This document shows positions 26,901 through 40,706 of a stretch of 64,000 nucleotides of DNA, in pieces. Location of the stretch: positions 10,778,722 through 10,842,721 of the forward strand of contig OZ037766.1 in the NCBI GenBank assembly GCA_964035545.1, written 5' to 3'. The notes beneath the pieces were generated by a model. The model was not told the DNA's origin and made no database searches. It saw only the letters and a list, made by a program, of their open reading frames with translations. Every line of letters begins with the position of its first letter. The stretch's first letter is position 1. The DNA comes from Bugula neritina (taxonomy: Eukaryota; Animalia; Bryozoa). The translations under genes were made by a program, and so were the position numbers.

Positions 26901-28754
26901 AAAGCTGGACAGCTGAGCTGAAGGCAGCTCTTAAGTATGACCCTGTCTCAGCTCAGAAGATAGATAACGGGGTGTTCTGGATAGACTATGAATCATTCTG
27001 CCATTTCTACGAATGCATTTACATCAACTGGAAACCAGATCTCTTCAAACACACTACTTGCTTTCACCAGTAAGTTATATTGTTGTATTCTATTCAACAT
27101 CATCTTGTCTGTGCATTAATTAGCAATTGATGCTAATTTTGTACTTGCTTTTAAAAATCTATTGCATGTCACATTATTGGGGTTAAATAAGCCACTGGCT
27201 TTCTCTCTTCAGCCCACTTTTTCACGTCAAGAGTGGGCTACAGGTAAATACAGGTAAATTAACTCATCTCAATGTACAGTTACTGCCAAACATATACGTG
27301 CTAGCAATAGGTGTGTAATACTCAAACATAAAGGCAATATTTATTATAGTAGTAACTGTTACACAATATACAGCTCTAACATACGTCTACATTGACAGTA
27401 TGGTTAGCACAGCATCTTCATTCGAGGCTTTTCTTTCAGCACGTGGACATCCAAAGAAGGTCCTACCAAAGACATGTATAACATCTCTGACAATCCTCAG
27501 TATACATTGAAACTGAAGAACCCGAGCAACTCACCTGCAGCTGTATGGATTCTCTTGACTAGGCATATCACAGACAAAGTGGGTTATCAGCTGATTTTAC
27601 TTCTAGTAAATTATTTACACATTTCTTATAAATCTATCAACTAATAGCAAGCAGATGTATACAAAAAGCAGCTTTGCTGTCTTGAGAATAGTTAATGGTG
27701 GTTGCAATAGTGACTCTGATAATATTAATAGTTTTTCGCAATATTGAAAAAAAGCTTTACTTTAATTCCTCAGTTGAATTTATCTGAAAAAAAAATGTTC
27801 TAATATGTGGTGAAAAGCGGCCAAGAAAAAAGAAAATTTATTTACATATTTATTGAACACATTCTTTAAATCTTTAGTTTACTAATAACATACCAAATTC
27901 TATGTGGCACAAGGCATTCAACAAAAAGCAAGTTAGTAAACAATTATTTACCCCATCTTGAATTCATGAGTTATCTTCTCTATATTTTATGTTTGATTAC
28001 CAAGTACAAAAATCCAGTCCTGTTAAAAAATGCACGGAAACTTAATTTTGTCTATGTTGCATTTAAACAAATATTTATTATTAAAAAAGGGACTATAGCA
28101 CTGTGAAATTTGAACCTATGATTTACAATAAAATGCACTTGGTTTTCTTTGACACTAGGAAAATAATAGCATTCGATATCCACGATGAGTTGTATTTTTG
28201 TTTTTTATTTTATACTTTTCTTATTTTTATATCATAAAGGATGATTTTGCAAACAACAAAGAGTTTATCACAGTCTTCGTATACCAAGGAGGTTCCAGAG
28301 TATATTATCCATGTGAGTATAACTTCTATAAATACAAATTGTTTACCAATATATTGTAAATAAAACTCTTAACTCTGAAGAATTCATTTGCTTAAACATT
28401 TTGAGCTATCTTTTGTTTCCTGTAAAAAACAACGACATTATGTGATTAACCCTTCTCCATCTTCTCTCACACTACACTAAATGTATTAAAAAAACCATAA
28501 AGTATAAGGTTTTCCAGCTACTGAACGTTTCATAACTTTTGATAATTTGTGTTTAATCTAGAATTAAGTTTACAAATAGGCAGGTGTTTAATTTGCTGAT
28601 ATGAATTAGATATATAAGTTCACAGAAGATTTGAGATCTTCTGCCTTCTAGTATACTTTATATCATACTGATTATAATCAACATAACATTTTGTACGTTG
28701 TGAAACCATATTCTATAATAATTTGGGAAGACAAAAATACTCTTTAGACATGTA

Positions 28755-28802
<48 letters not shown>

Positions 28803-30929
28803 CTTAAATTAACTATATGATCTATATCTCTAATGCTAAGTAGATCCAGTAAATGTCAAGCTTTCTAATGATCTGAAAAGTAATGGCCAGCAGATGGCCT
28901 TTCACAGAGTAAACTGATCAGACATATAGTCATGTTAAGCACATTTATATATAACAATAGTCTATTTGTGTCCACAGATAACCCTGCTCCTTACAAAGAT
29001 GGTATAAAAATCAACTCGCCCCACTACTTGTGTAAGATGGTTGAGTCTGGTAATCAATCTTTCACTCTAGTTGTGTCTCAGTATGAGAAAGTCAACACAA
29101 TACACTACACCCTGAGGGTGTACTCACAATGCGAGTTCTCTCTCAACAAGATTGTCGACCCGTACAAACATGAGAAAGAGGTGGGTTGCTCCACTGTATT
29201 GTGAAGTTATCTGTGACATTTCACAGATGTAGCGATATGCTAGGCAGTTTGTAGCAAAATATTTTTCATCACTGTACTTTCTATACTTATCATTTTACTT
29301 GCTTCTTAGCTAAGCGTATCTTTTAAGTTCTGGTATAGACAATTAGTGTGGTAGACTCATTTGAATGTTTAACATATAATTTTATTGTGACATTGTGAAA
29401 TTATCTACAAGCAGCCCGAGTTAGGGGTGACTGAGGGCAGTAGTTTGGGGTCTGGAGTTTGGAGTTGTAAGTTCAAAGTTCCAACCTAAACCTCCAAATC
29501 CAAACTCGATAACCCCAAACTACTGTCATCCCCTGCTTGTTGAAAAATTCTGACATTGCATTTTTACTCTGACAGAAAACTGGAGAATGGAAGGGAGTAA
29601 CTGCGGGTGGGTGTGCCAACTACCCAACCAATAAAAATAACCCAATCTATCAAGTCACACTAGACAGTACTTCTGCTTCTAATCATTTACTTGTTGAACT
29701 TCGTGCTCCAAGGTTAGTCTCTATTATTGATGGATAAATGGTACATTTGAAAAAAACAATGTTTTCACAAATAAACAAACGAATTCAAGTTTAATGACAG
29801 CAATTTGAAAGATGTAGGAAGTTATAAAAGCTTTTTTCTAATATTTTTGTAAAGTTGGTGGTAAGTTCTAAAAGAAATGTGCTCATAGTTTTGTAATTAG
29901 TGGTCATGTAGCTTTAGAATGTAAAATGGTGCTAATCAAATAAGTTACATTATTCCATTTAATAAGTTGTCTTCTTTTTAAACCATAGTTTCATATGCAA
30001 TCATTTTAGTTTTTATTATTTAAAGTATATTAATTTCTTTAAAAGAATAAGTGCTGTGAAGTTCAATCTATACTGTTTCAGAGAATACAGTGTTGGTATT
30101 GAAGCTAAGCCGGTGAATATACACAACCCATCAGCACAAGGAAACCAGCAAGATATGACTTCTGGGTCATACAGGTATAATGTTTTGTTGTATCAAAACA
30201 TTATTTATCTATATTGATATTATAGACTTATAATTAATAAATATAATATTACTTCAAGTACTTGGATAAATATGAATTTTAGTTTTAGTTCTCATATTAA
30301 GTTCATGTAAATGAATGAACTTAATATAGTCACTAAAATTAAATATTTCATAGCATGTTATGCAATTTTTTACTCATCTTTTATTATAACTCCTAATATT
30401 TTTACACTGAAACAACTATTTTATATATAAATAAAATAAAAGAAATCAATTACGGCATTTGTAGAAGTATGATTATGTAATACATGGACATAGAACCATA
30501 ATGATTCAATTAAAAATCTAGCTAAACTTATGCTTGTAATACATTGTTTTGAATAAAAAATATCTTGAAAACAGGGTTACTTTTAGGTTTTTTCATTTTA
30601 ATTCAATTTTTTCAAAAAGCATCAAAATGTAAAAATATAAAAATGAAACTGTATTAATTTTACTCAGAAGTAGCATAGTATTTTATAGCTTCAGTGTTTT
30701 TAATATGATTATGGTTTATACTGTTTATGACAATCTTGGAAATTTAAATTTGATTTAACGCATTTGCTTAATTTTCATTTACAGAAATGGTTATTGTATA
30801 CTGAGCATGGAAAACATCTCAGGTGGAGTGTATAACATCATCCCATCAACTTTTCTTCCCGCAAAAGAAGGACATTTTATTCTCAAGTTTAGCTCAAGTT
30901 GTCCAATGACAGTGAGCAAACTGAGGTAA
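20931..30929 (+). CDS. CAPN7: Calpain-7 (PalB homolog), 801 aa, 19 coding exons
   Basis: Exons 20931-21035, 21152-21263, 21523-21554, 21895-22011, 22427-22533, 22935-23063, 23196-23282, 23953-24079, 24215-24300, 24532-24625, 25636-25782, 26143-26370, 26825-27069, 27440-27578, 28240-28312, 28978-29180, 29576-29712, 30082-30174, 30785-30929 (2406 nt, phases consistent). Two N-terminal MIT-like helical regions, catalytic Cys ([13 protein letters not shown]), [18 protein letters not shown], His (GLVESHAYA), Asn (LKNPW) and two C-terminal calpain-III-like domains (NPQY; TAGGCANY...NNPIY). Confidence 0.95.
22125..22292 (-). mobile_element. tRNA-derived SINE copy, internally deleted
   Basis: Shares AACCCCTG, GTGGGCTAAGGACTT, CTTAACAT..CCAATG and terminal ACCACGGCTGC with the copies near 40.9 and 59.8 kb. 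Confidence 0.6.
28758..28801. repeat. (TA)n microsatellite in a CAPN7 intron
   Basis: Perfect TA run of about 22 units. Confidence 0.95.
29408..29539. mobile_element. Short palindromic MITE-like element (family also at 3898-4026)
   Basis: CAAGCAG...CTGCTTG termini with internal inverted arms CAGTAGTTTGGGGT / ACCCCAAACTACTG. Confidence 0.55.
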
Positions 30930-32192
30930 CAGTGATGGAACTGCTGCTAGTTTTCTGTGTCTTGTTTCACATGGGATGCTACAGCTTATTCATAATGCAG
31001 TCAGGAGTTAACTGGGTAAACATTCTAATTAATCTTTAAGTTTTGATTCGCTCACAAAGTGGTGTTGTGTCGACACTCTAAGAGTTTAAGTTATTGAAGG
31101 CAAATCACATCCATTAAGTGTAGAGAATTACCATCTGGTGTTAGAATTCGGGACAGGAGAAAGTAACCCTGTATATTGACTGATTGTCCAATTGTGCGAA
31201 ATGTTCTATAAATGAATATTTTGAATTGCTCTCTCATATGTTTTTGTGCAAATCTTATACCTGTCTGATACTTTTCTGTTGACTATTCTATCATGTTTAA
31301 TTGAATAGTTAATCAGATCTCAAACATACATGTCTAACATAATATCATAATTACTTCTGTTTTACTATTGCTAGATAGTTAAGTTATTTATATCTTCAAT
31401 ATTGCTTGATATTTTGTATTTATGCTGCTGCAAGAATGTTTACAAAGCAATGTTTAAACACTGAATGTTATGTGATTATATTTTATATATTTTTGTACTC
31501 TAAGATTTAATATATTCAATTCTAAAATTATTTAAAGTTATCACCATTCATTCTTTGTCTCCATCATAGTATTTTCATAAGCTGATATAGCTTATGTTGA
31601 GATAAAGTGTTGCTTTCACTAATTTCAGCACCTTTAATGAAATTATTAGATAAAGGCTCCATATCTTTTAACATTTAAAAATATTGAGGTTAGCTAAAAT
31701 TTGGATTGTCAATCAATTTACTCAAGCAATTTTATACTGAAGATGATTCTAGGATTTGAGTTGGCAATTTGGTGCTTGTCTTAATGAGTGTTCAAACATT
31801 ATTCTGAGAATTTCATTTGCAATGAATATTTAACATGCAATAAATTATCATACATATGCTCCCTGTCATACACAATTACTGCATAACTCGGCTGTAAGAA
31901 ATGACCACAATACAATTTTAAAGGTCTCTTTGTTGTAGAATCTTGTTCAATAAGTTATTTTAATTATTGTACAAGTGATATTATGATCACAATCAGCTGT
32001 TATAATGCACATGTCATGCATAACCACATTGATCTATACTCTATAGGGTATTGAAATACTCTATGAGCAAGAACGTTTAAAAATGATCATATATGTGTGT
32101 GTCTTCTTGAAAATTGCTAAAGTGATACATATTTACTGTTTAACATCTTGAGCAATTATTATTTGCATTATGGCATAAAAATTTATTTATGG

Positions 32193-34105
32193 TTAAAAAA
32201 TAAGGAAACGTATTGTCACTAAGGCTAGCAGAGAAATAGTAGGAAGACAGCCTTTAGAATGTGATGTTTGTAAAGTACTGTGAATGTTATGTGATTGTCT
32301 TTGAGCAGTAGCCTCATCAGTAGCCACTTCTTCATTACACAGAGATCCTTTGCAACATGAAATGCATATCTACAACAAAATAACACCTACTTACAACACA
32401 TAAATGTATTATATTTTAATGAGTAAAAGTGAATGTTAAACTGCAGACTTAAAACTTGTGAGTTGATCATTTGTAACTACTTTGTTTATTAAACATCTCA
32501 GCCTTAATAGCAATCGAAATCGACCTATATTTTATTTACCTATGTTGTATTTAATTATATAAATTCGGAACAAATTGACATACACATCTTAAATTTATTC
32601 TATTTCTTATGCCTTTCAATTGTAATGCTTAGCTATCACAATCTTTCTGTTTATGTATGATCAATTTTCACAGCTTGGAACCACCTAAAAATTACAAAAA
32701 ATATAGCAAAATTTCAACTTTTATTATGCATTTTATTGTTTGCAAACACTACAAATTATTTACAATGCATTTAAAGCATATAGAATTTAAATTTTTGTAC
32801 TGGCAACTTTTCAAATTTTATGCAAAAATAAAAATTAGTTTAATGTAGTGTATAAGATCAAGTGTAACAAATACATGTATAATTCTTTTATCTATTAATG
32901 CTGGTATTAAATATTATAATAGGTGCTTACTTCAGTATTTCCATCATCAGAAGTCTCACAACCAACATTATTGGAGGTGCAAAGTGATGGTTTTATACAT
33001 TCTTTTTCAACGCTTAATGTGTTCATAGTTTTAGTGTTGAACATATGTACTGTCCTGCACACAGTCTCATCTACAACCAGTTAATACCTTTCTATATGAA
33101 GATAATTGCACTCAAGCACAAAATGTCAACTTATAACTGACAAACTGAGTTATAACAAAGTTCAGGGTGATCAACACTTCAAAATAAAGTTGGTACATAT
33201 ATTCTCTTTAGATGAGATGCAGAATAATCTAGAAAAAATATAAGTGAACATTTCAAATTCATGATAAATTGCTAAAGGCCTTCACTCATAGATATTATCC
33301 TCAAAATCATAGATGGAGGTAAGAAATTGTTTAACAATACTGCACTGTTTATTTAGTTGCACAGAGCAGTCGTTATTGGACAGCTTGTAAACATGTTGAT
33401 AATCACAATATACTTACTCAGGGGACAAGGTAAATTGGGAGCCCATCTGTTGCAGGCAGCATTGGTAATGTGACTGGGACAGGTCCAGCATACTGTATCT
33501 GCACACACAAAATGCATTATAACTATTACCATGTTGTCAATTAGTGCAGTCAACTGTATTTGGAGATTAAGTACAGAGACAACTGCTGTCTTTATTGTAA
33601 TTCACTGATATAGAAGCAACTTAGGCACAAGCTCTAGCTAGTTGCACTGGTACAGTTGCCACAATGATATAGCTTTAGCACAATGTTATACTGATGGTTT
33701 TGAGTAAACAAGGAGTCTAGCTTAATATTAAGTTATATTAGTTAAGTCAGTTAGTTAGTTAGTTAGTATATAATTATATAATAAACTAAAGTAGTGCAAG
33801 TCTTCAAAACACCATACTCTTCTAACTTGATAAAACATAGCTCAGTTTATAAACGCTATAATTTAAAAGCATATAATATGTAAATGAGATGTGGTTGCTA
33901 CTTATTATATAGCAACATAATTATGTAAAAATTTTCAAATAAATTTGTCTTACAACAACATCTAATAAAACTTGCCTGATCTTGCAACTCCACCAATAAC
34001 TGTAATTTTGTCCTCAGACTGAGCTGCCCTGACTATCCACATCAACGCACACAGCAGAAGGCGTAGCAAGCCTGATGACTGATAATACCAATCCTTATGC
34101 AGCAT
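32193..34105 (-). CDS. LYPD6/LYPD6B-like Ly6/uPAR three-finger protein, probably GPI-anchored, 175 aa, 4 coding exons
   Basis: Exons (minus) 33976-34105, 33418-33498, 32931-33070, 32193-32369 (528 nt); the first intron needs a GC donor (AG|GCAAGT). Signal peptide, then CWTC...CNRWAPNLPCP...C...SVEKEC...C...GC...CISCCKGSLCN (12 Cys; CNRWAP is the LYPD6-type signature) and a hydrophobic C-terminal tail. Confidence 0.88.
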
Positions 34106-37100
34106 GTGGTAAATCTGACAACAGTACATGTGAAAAATTGTTTTTGTGAAAGTTTTGACTACAAAAACAAACAGTCTAATAATCTACTTCAGATAGAGAT
34201 TAAGGTAGAAAGTGTTTTTGTTAACATTTACTTGTTAAAAAACGCTATGATTTGCTTACCTGGGATTTTTGTTCTCAATTTAATTTCTCACTCTTGCCAT
34301 ACGATTACATTCAGGTCTTTTTAGAATATAGTATTTGCATTTACTCGGGTACTAATATAACATGTAATTGCAGCAAGAAAATATTTGTATTTTCTACTAT
34401 GTCTGTAACATGCAGTATTCCAAGCTATCCTAAGCAAATAAATGTTCACTTACTTATGCAGTATTTCTAGCGTTTGAAATAAGCTAGCTCAAAATAGGAA
34501 ATATTTCATAATAACAATATATATGCTCTTTCAGCTGTATAATTTCTAAAAAACCAGCTGCTTAGTTGGTAGACTAAAAATACTTACTATTTGATGATAT
34601 AAAGTTGTACGGTTGTTTCAATAGTCTATCATATAATTCATTCCAGCCAACCACAACACATATGAACAGCAAGTTTCTGCCCTGTCATACAATGTCCCAC
34701 AGTTGTAGCAACATTCACAACTGTATGCAAACCAAAATGCTGAGCTACAATGTTTAAAGATGATTCTTTAAGCTGAAGACCAATAAGAATATAAAGTATA
34801 GCATTGTACTAATATCATTTGCAGCTGCTTTAGATGTATTCCTTTATATCATAGTACAATGTAAGCCCATTGGCCCATTGCTATAATTTCTCCGAGTGAG
34901 TCAACCATTTTAGTCTATTCATATTTTTATAGCCTGCCTTGATAAAATGCACAGTATACAATAAAGCAAATCTGTAGCCCATATAATATGATAACATACT
35001 AGGCAAATAATTATACTGGCAATTTTATCTAATTTTCAATAAATGTAGGTTGTTGTAATGATTATTACTCATTGTATAAGCTAATCATATCGTGACTTAA
35101 GCTCTTAAATAAAACCACTTGGCAAAAGACACATTGCACAGCAAGCAAGTTTTTAGAATATTTTCTCGTTTCTTATAATGATATTTGCTCACCTACCACA
35201 AAAATTGATTGGTTTTTAAAAGTTTATGTTATGTTTGTGTACTTATAAAATTATTTGTTTGTAGCTCTGCTGGTGTGGTATAGACACCATAAAACGATGC
35301 ACCAGTGATTAATTTATATATTGTAGCAGTTGTATTCTTTTTGTGTATATTCACCAATATTCGGCTAAAATGTAAATTTGATACACTGATCTGTTATAGA
35401 CTATATTGATATTAAACACTAATCTTTTTACACGCTTCCGCTGCATAGATTTAGAAATCACAGTTTGGTTGTTGCTGGAAAACTATACAGCTGCAATCAT
35501 TGTTATCAGCTTCACTATTTTAGAGGTCTAATATATTCAAACAGCTGTGACAATGAAACATCCCTATAGCACCTGCATGGACTATTCAATAGATGATTTT
35601 ATACTTGTTTATAGCTGTGACCTGATGATTGCACTTGGATGTTTTATGAACTGTTTTGTACTTTATAAACACACAAATCATGAAGATGAGTCTATATCAG
35701 AAATACATGGCAGCTAACAGAGCATACTTGGTGGATCAAAATACTATATGTTCACCTTTCACCACCATGTCCTGATTACGATATATAATAGTACATGCAC
35801 CATGCATGCATGCAGTGGCTCTTAACCTATTTTGACATTTGACCCACATTTTACTTTCTAATACATTTGGGACTCTCAAAATATTATAGGCATACTTTGA
35901 TATCATTTTAATTTCATTAATGTACAACGTTTTTATTTCTTATATATATAATATATTTATATCCTATATGCATTTGTAATATAATATATAGATACATGTT
36001 GGGTTTCAATCTTTAGATTGGCAACTATTTTCTTACTGCATGCAGAAATAGCCTGTATTTAGTTTACTGCAAATTGCAAAAAAAGCTATTTTTTGTCTGA
36101 ACTATCCATCTAATACAAATAGATTGTATCAAGTGTTTAAACCCACAATATTAAAAGAAATAATTCATTCCATGGAAATAGTGACTATAAATTTTTACTT
36201 ACTGGTTTCTAAATGATCAAATGCGTAAACTGTAAGCTAGCTTTCTGATTAGCATCTAAACTACATACAATACATTAACAGTATCAAACCACCAGGTAAG
36301 TAAACAATATAGTCTACTTTTGCAAAGACAATAAGTTTGAAATTTGAATCTTTTTATGTAGCAAGGCATGCAGGGTATTATTGCTGCATGTAAATTATAA
36401 TAAAGTGTGCTATGCTGTTCCAGTGCTGCATTACATGTTTACTTACTTGTGTACAAGCTCAGCAAAAGCTAACATTGCTTTAAGTCAACAGTCAACGTTA
36501 CAAATGGTGTAGCTACAAAAAGTACAAACTATTTCTTTACAGTTTGATAAAAATTTAATGCAAATACTATGCTTCAAAATAACTATAGTTATTTTGACAG
36601 GCAATCGAATATTCTTTTACTTTGCTTGTGTTTTGCTGAATGCATGCAACAGAATAGATTCAGATTTCTGATTACATCAAACGAATATTCTCGCAATAAG
36701 TTAACATTTAAATCTGAGTATGAAACTTGCGGTCATAAAAGAGTTGTAGTCAAAGCAGGTTTCTAAAATCTGTCTGTCAACTCATAATGTGTTGTGTTTG
36801 TAAAACACTAAGAATAATCTGGCTGGTTGATTGAAATTTTGCAACTTATCAGCCTGTGACAAGTCTAAAGGATATGTTTATACCTTCCCTGAAAAATTGT
36901 AGATCGTTTCAGTTCAGTTTGACTGAAAATGGAGAAGGATTAAACTATAAAAGGTAAAGTGAAAATTGAAACTGTATGAAGTCTAAATGCACCTTAAAAA
37001 CATTTTAGTGCAGCAATAGTTACATGGTATGATTACTCTAAACAAGCAGAGTACAACCAGCACACTGTTCAACTATATCAACCCATGAATTACTATTTAT

Positions 37101-37899
37101 ATCTTACTTTATTGCCAATATTAATTACTAGCCCAGCAGCATTAGAGTAAACGTTGTTTGGTGTACTATTTTGCTTTTGAAAGCTTTAAAGCCTAAATAT
37201 CAAGTTTTATATAACTTAACTTCTATGGTTACTTTGTTAAAATTATAAGCACATTTTTGCGTGCATGTTGCTATAATTAATGTTTTGTTGCAGAGTAATG
37301 TTTTAATTAGTAAAGAGCATATATGAATGTCATCAGCTTTACAAATCATAATAACTTTCAGGAATTGAATTTTGCAAAAATATAATTTATCCGCTCATTA
37401 GCGTAACCTTTATATTTTGTAATTAAAACTAGACTAGTAAATTTAAGTTAAAATTTTGCTCTATGAGCTATATTATACTGTTGATGCATTACTCTCTGCT
37501 CTCAAGACTAGTGAAATCTCAGATCAATGTAACACAACTCCAATGTGATATTATCCAGTATCACTCGAGTGCAAACATAGTCAACCCAAGCATATGAGGC
37601 ATGAAGTACATTGAAATGACATTGAAAATATTATTGTAGCAATGTCATTTTACTTGTGTGCTTTATGTCTTATAATAATGCTTGCAATAGATTAATTTAC
37701 TAAAACCTATCTCGCGTGCACGTGAGAGAGAAATGATCAGTTGTTTACTCACGGTCGAACAGGGAAGGTACAAAATCTACGACGCATGTAGCTACGGTTG
37801 GCCAACATCGACTTGATAAGGGTCAAAGTTCAGCATTTTGATTGCAAAAATATTGAATGCTGAATCAAATGAGTATAGCCACAAGGACCAGAGTGATTA

Positions 37900-39020
37900 A
37901 ATATTAATTAGTATTAAGTATTAATTAGCTGTAACCACTAAAATTTTACTGCCTATAGAGCTCTATTTGGTTGAATAATTTGCTTATTATTACTAATAGT
38001 AATACTATAGTATTGATTAATTGAAAAAGAAATGATATAAAATTGAATGTTTAGACTACACTTACAGTTTCAGCTGTAGTTGTAGTTTAAAAATAAACGT
38101 AAAAGTAGTTAGTACTATCACTACTACTAGACACTAGTACTAGTAATAGTACTAGTTACTACAGTACAGTCAGGGTCACAGTTACATTTACATGTGCTGG
38201 TACAGTTACTGATAGTGGTCCTACTACTAGCAGTAGGCGTAGCACTACCAGTACTAGTACTAGACCTAGTAGCTAGTACTAGTACTACTACTACTACTAC
38301 TACTACTAACACTAGTACTAGTAGTAGTACTAGTACTACTACTATCAGTACTATGAGTATGTCTTAGTCTACTCCTAGACCTAGTTACTGTTAGCAGTTA
38401 CACTTACTAGCAGTAGTTTACAGTTGAGTTACAGTTACACTTGGTCTTACTGACTCAGAGTTACAGTTACAGTTGCTAGTTTTGTTTATAGTCATGCTTA
38501 TACTAAGATTGATATTCATACTCATTCTAATTAGTAATAATAATTACAATTGTTATTGTAGGTACTTGTAAACTGTAGTGAATGTCAACTGTCATTCACA
38601 ATGCAATAATAATAAATATACTCGTGCTCATACTGATACTCTGATGGAATGTCATAGTGGTACTGGTACTGCAAGTCCTGCTCATACTGGGATGCAATTA
38701 GTGAAATACAACTATTAGTATTATTATAGTTTTAAAAAACAGACTCAAAGTATAGATAATAGTATTATTATTATTCACTACTGACTACTACTAGTACAAG
38801 TATGTCAATGTGCATCAGACATGCAATTCTGAATTTGCTTCTACTTCTAGTACTTACTATTAGTATTACTGTTAGATATTAGTATTACCATTACTCTAAT
38901 CATAAACAAATCAAACTCAGGACTATCACTATAATTATTATATTTATTTTAAATTATATCTGATTTGTAATTGTTGCAACTATTGGTATAATTTTTATTA
39001 TAATAATCATAGTGATAGTG
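37900..39020. repeat. Degenerate TAG/TAC and TTACAG tract between the divergent LYPD6-like and thiolase genes
   Basis: For example AGTACTAGTACTAGAC...TACTACTACTAC...TAGTAGTAGTACTAGTAC at 38100-38360, with many ACTAGT/AGTACT palindromes. Confidence 0.8.
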
Positions 39021-40706
39021 TTGTTTTAGATTAATCTAGAGCGATAGCACATTGACTAAAAGTGGTTAGCAATATATTTTATAATTTGAATGCCTGCTAC
39101 AGTGGGCCAGCTTAGTATTACAGTATGCTGCTGCTGTTGGTTCACTGTTCGTGTCACGTAGGCTTACTAATTGTTGTAGAGTGAGCCTTTTGTACGAGGT
39201 ATTGGTGATCTATAAAGATGTAAGTTTGCTTGCAGCTTTAATGAAAAAATAGTGTTAGAATAGTTTGTTATAATTTCACCATAGCAGGAGGGTGCAGTGC
39301 TATTTATAGGCTTATGGCACTATTCATCTCTCAAAATTTTGTGCAGCGTTGACATAGGGTGGTGTCTGTTAATTTCAAGTGCTGCTGACTCGAAAAAGTT
39401 TTTAGTTTACCTGATGCTAATAAGGTATTGTCCTCGAAGATTACTGATGGAGCGAACTGTTTGTTTCTGAATATTCTCAATGTGGTCAGTGATCAGTAGT
39501 CTGTTTTCTTGTTAGACTTCATAAGGCACCAAAAATTTGAATTTTGATCAATACTAGTATATGCTAGTAGCCAGTCTCTAGTGAACTATGTATTGAATGT
39601 TTGTGCTTGATTTGTTGGTTTTTAGAAATACATTGGTTAAAATATATTGGATCTCGTTGAAAGATAATGACAAAATAACTAATGGGTTGACACTACTTAG
39701 TTTTGTAGGTCAGTAGACTTCTATAGTTGTCCAAAGCCATTGCGTGGCACTTGGTTGTGTTAAATGACATTTATATATTACATTAGTGCTCCTCTAAATT
39801 TCTATTGCCATTGATAGTAATTCACTTTGGTAAATCATTGATATATATTAAAAAAAAAGTAGATCCTAATAGTATGTGTGTGAGTGTGTGTGGGTGTGCG
39901 TGCGTGGAGAGGTATGTAGACGCAGCAGAACAGAGTACTTCATATCACTCTTATATATTATGTTTATGTTAGGAAAGTTATTTATTTAGAAAATAAAAGG
40001 AATACTATTATGTAAGTATTATATATCTCACTATACAGGGTGGTACCTAAAAAAAGCAGCTGACTATACAAACGTGTATGGTAGTATTTTTATTCTTCAA
40101 GTAAATTACTCGCATTATAAACATATACACACTGAATTAGATTTTTCCTAACATCTTAGCAATTTCTAACAATGTAGTTGTTGTATTGTACTTTGTAAAC
40201 TTGGAGTTGCACCACTTTTATGTAAGAAAGCAACTCTGAAATCAAACTTTCAACTGATGAAGCTAAAGAATAGTGTTTTAATTATTAGTTGATGCCTTTG
40301 AAGGATTTTTGTGTTGGAATACGAAAACTTCACTTGAATGTGTGTATGTTATTTAAATAGCTTGACTGTCAATATAACTACAAACAACTTCTGTTTTAAA
40401 ATTTAATAGACTAGATATAAAATTTTTTCCTGTGTTTTGTATCTATTAATAGGTGACTTGCACAATTTAGCAATTGAAAATTTAGCCTTTTAGTTTGAAG
40501 TTCACTATTCAAGCATATTACATAAATTCTCTTTTTAGTGTATAGAATCCCAAACTTTTTTGTGGGACGTGTACATTGTAAAAGGGGTGTATATTTAGAG
40601 CTTCAAGTGACTTGCATGTACATCTATAGAAGATTAAATAGGTGCTTCTGAACAGCCTTTTCTAAAAAAAAGTTTACGTCATTTCAGCTTGTGAATAGAA
40701 TTCAGC

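Noticed and set aside
38127-38312. Poly-Val/Ser-Thr ORF resembling a secreted peptide
   Set aside because: It comes from the TAG/TAC repeat tract.
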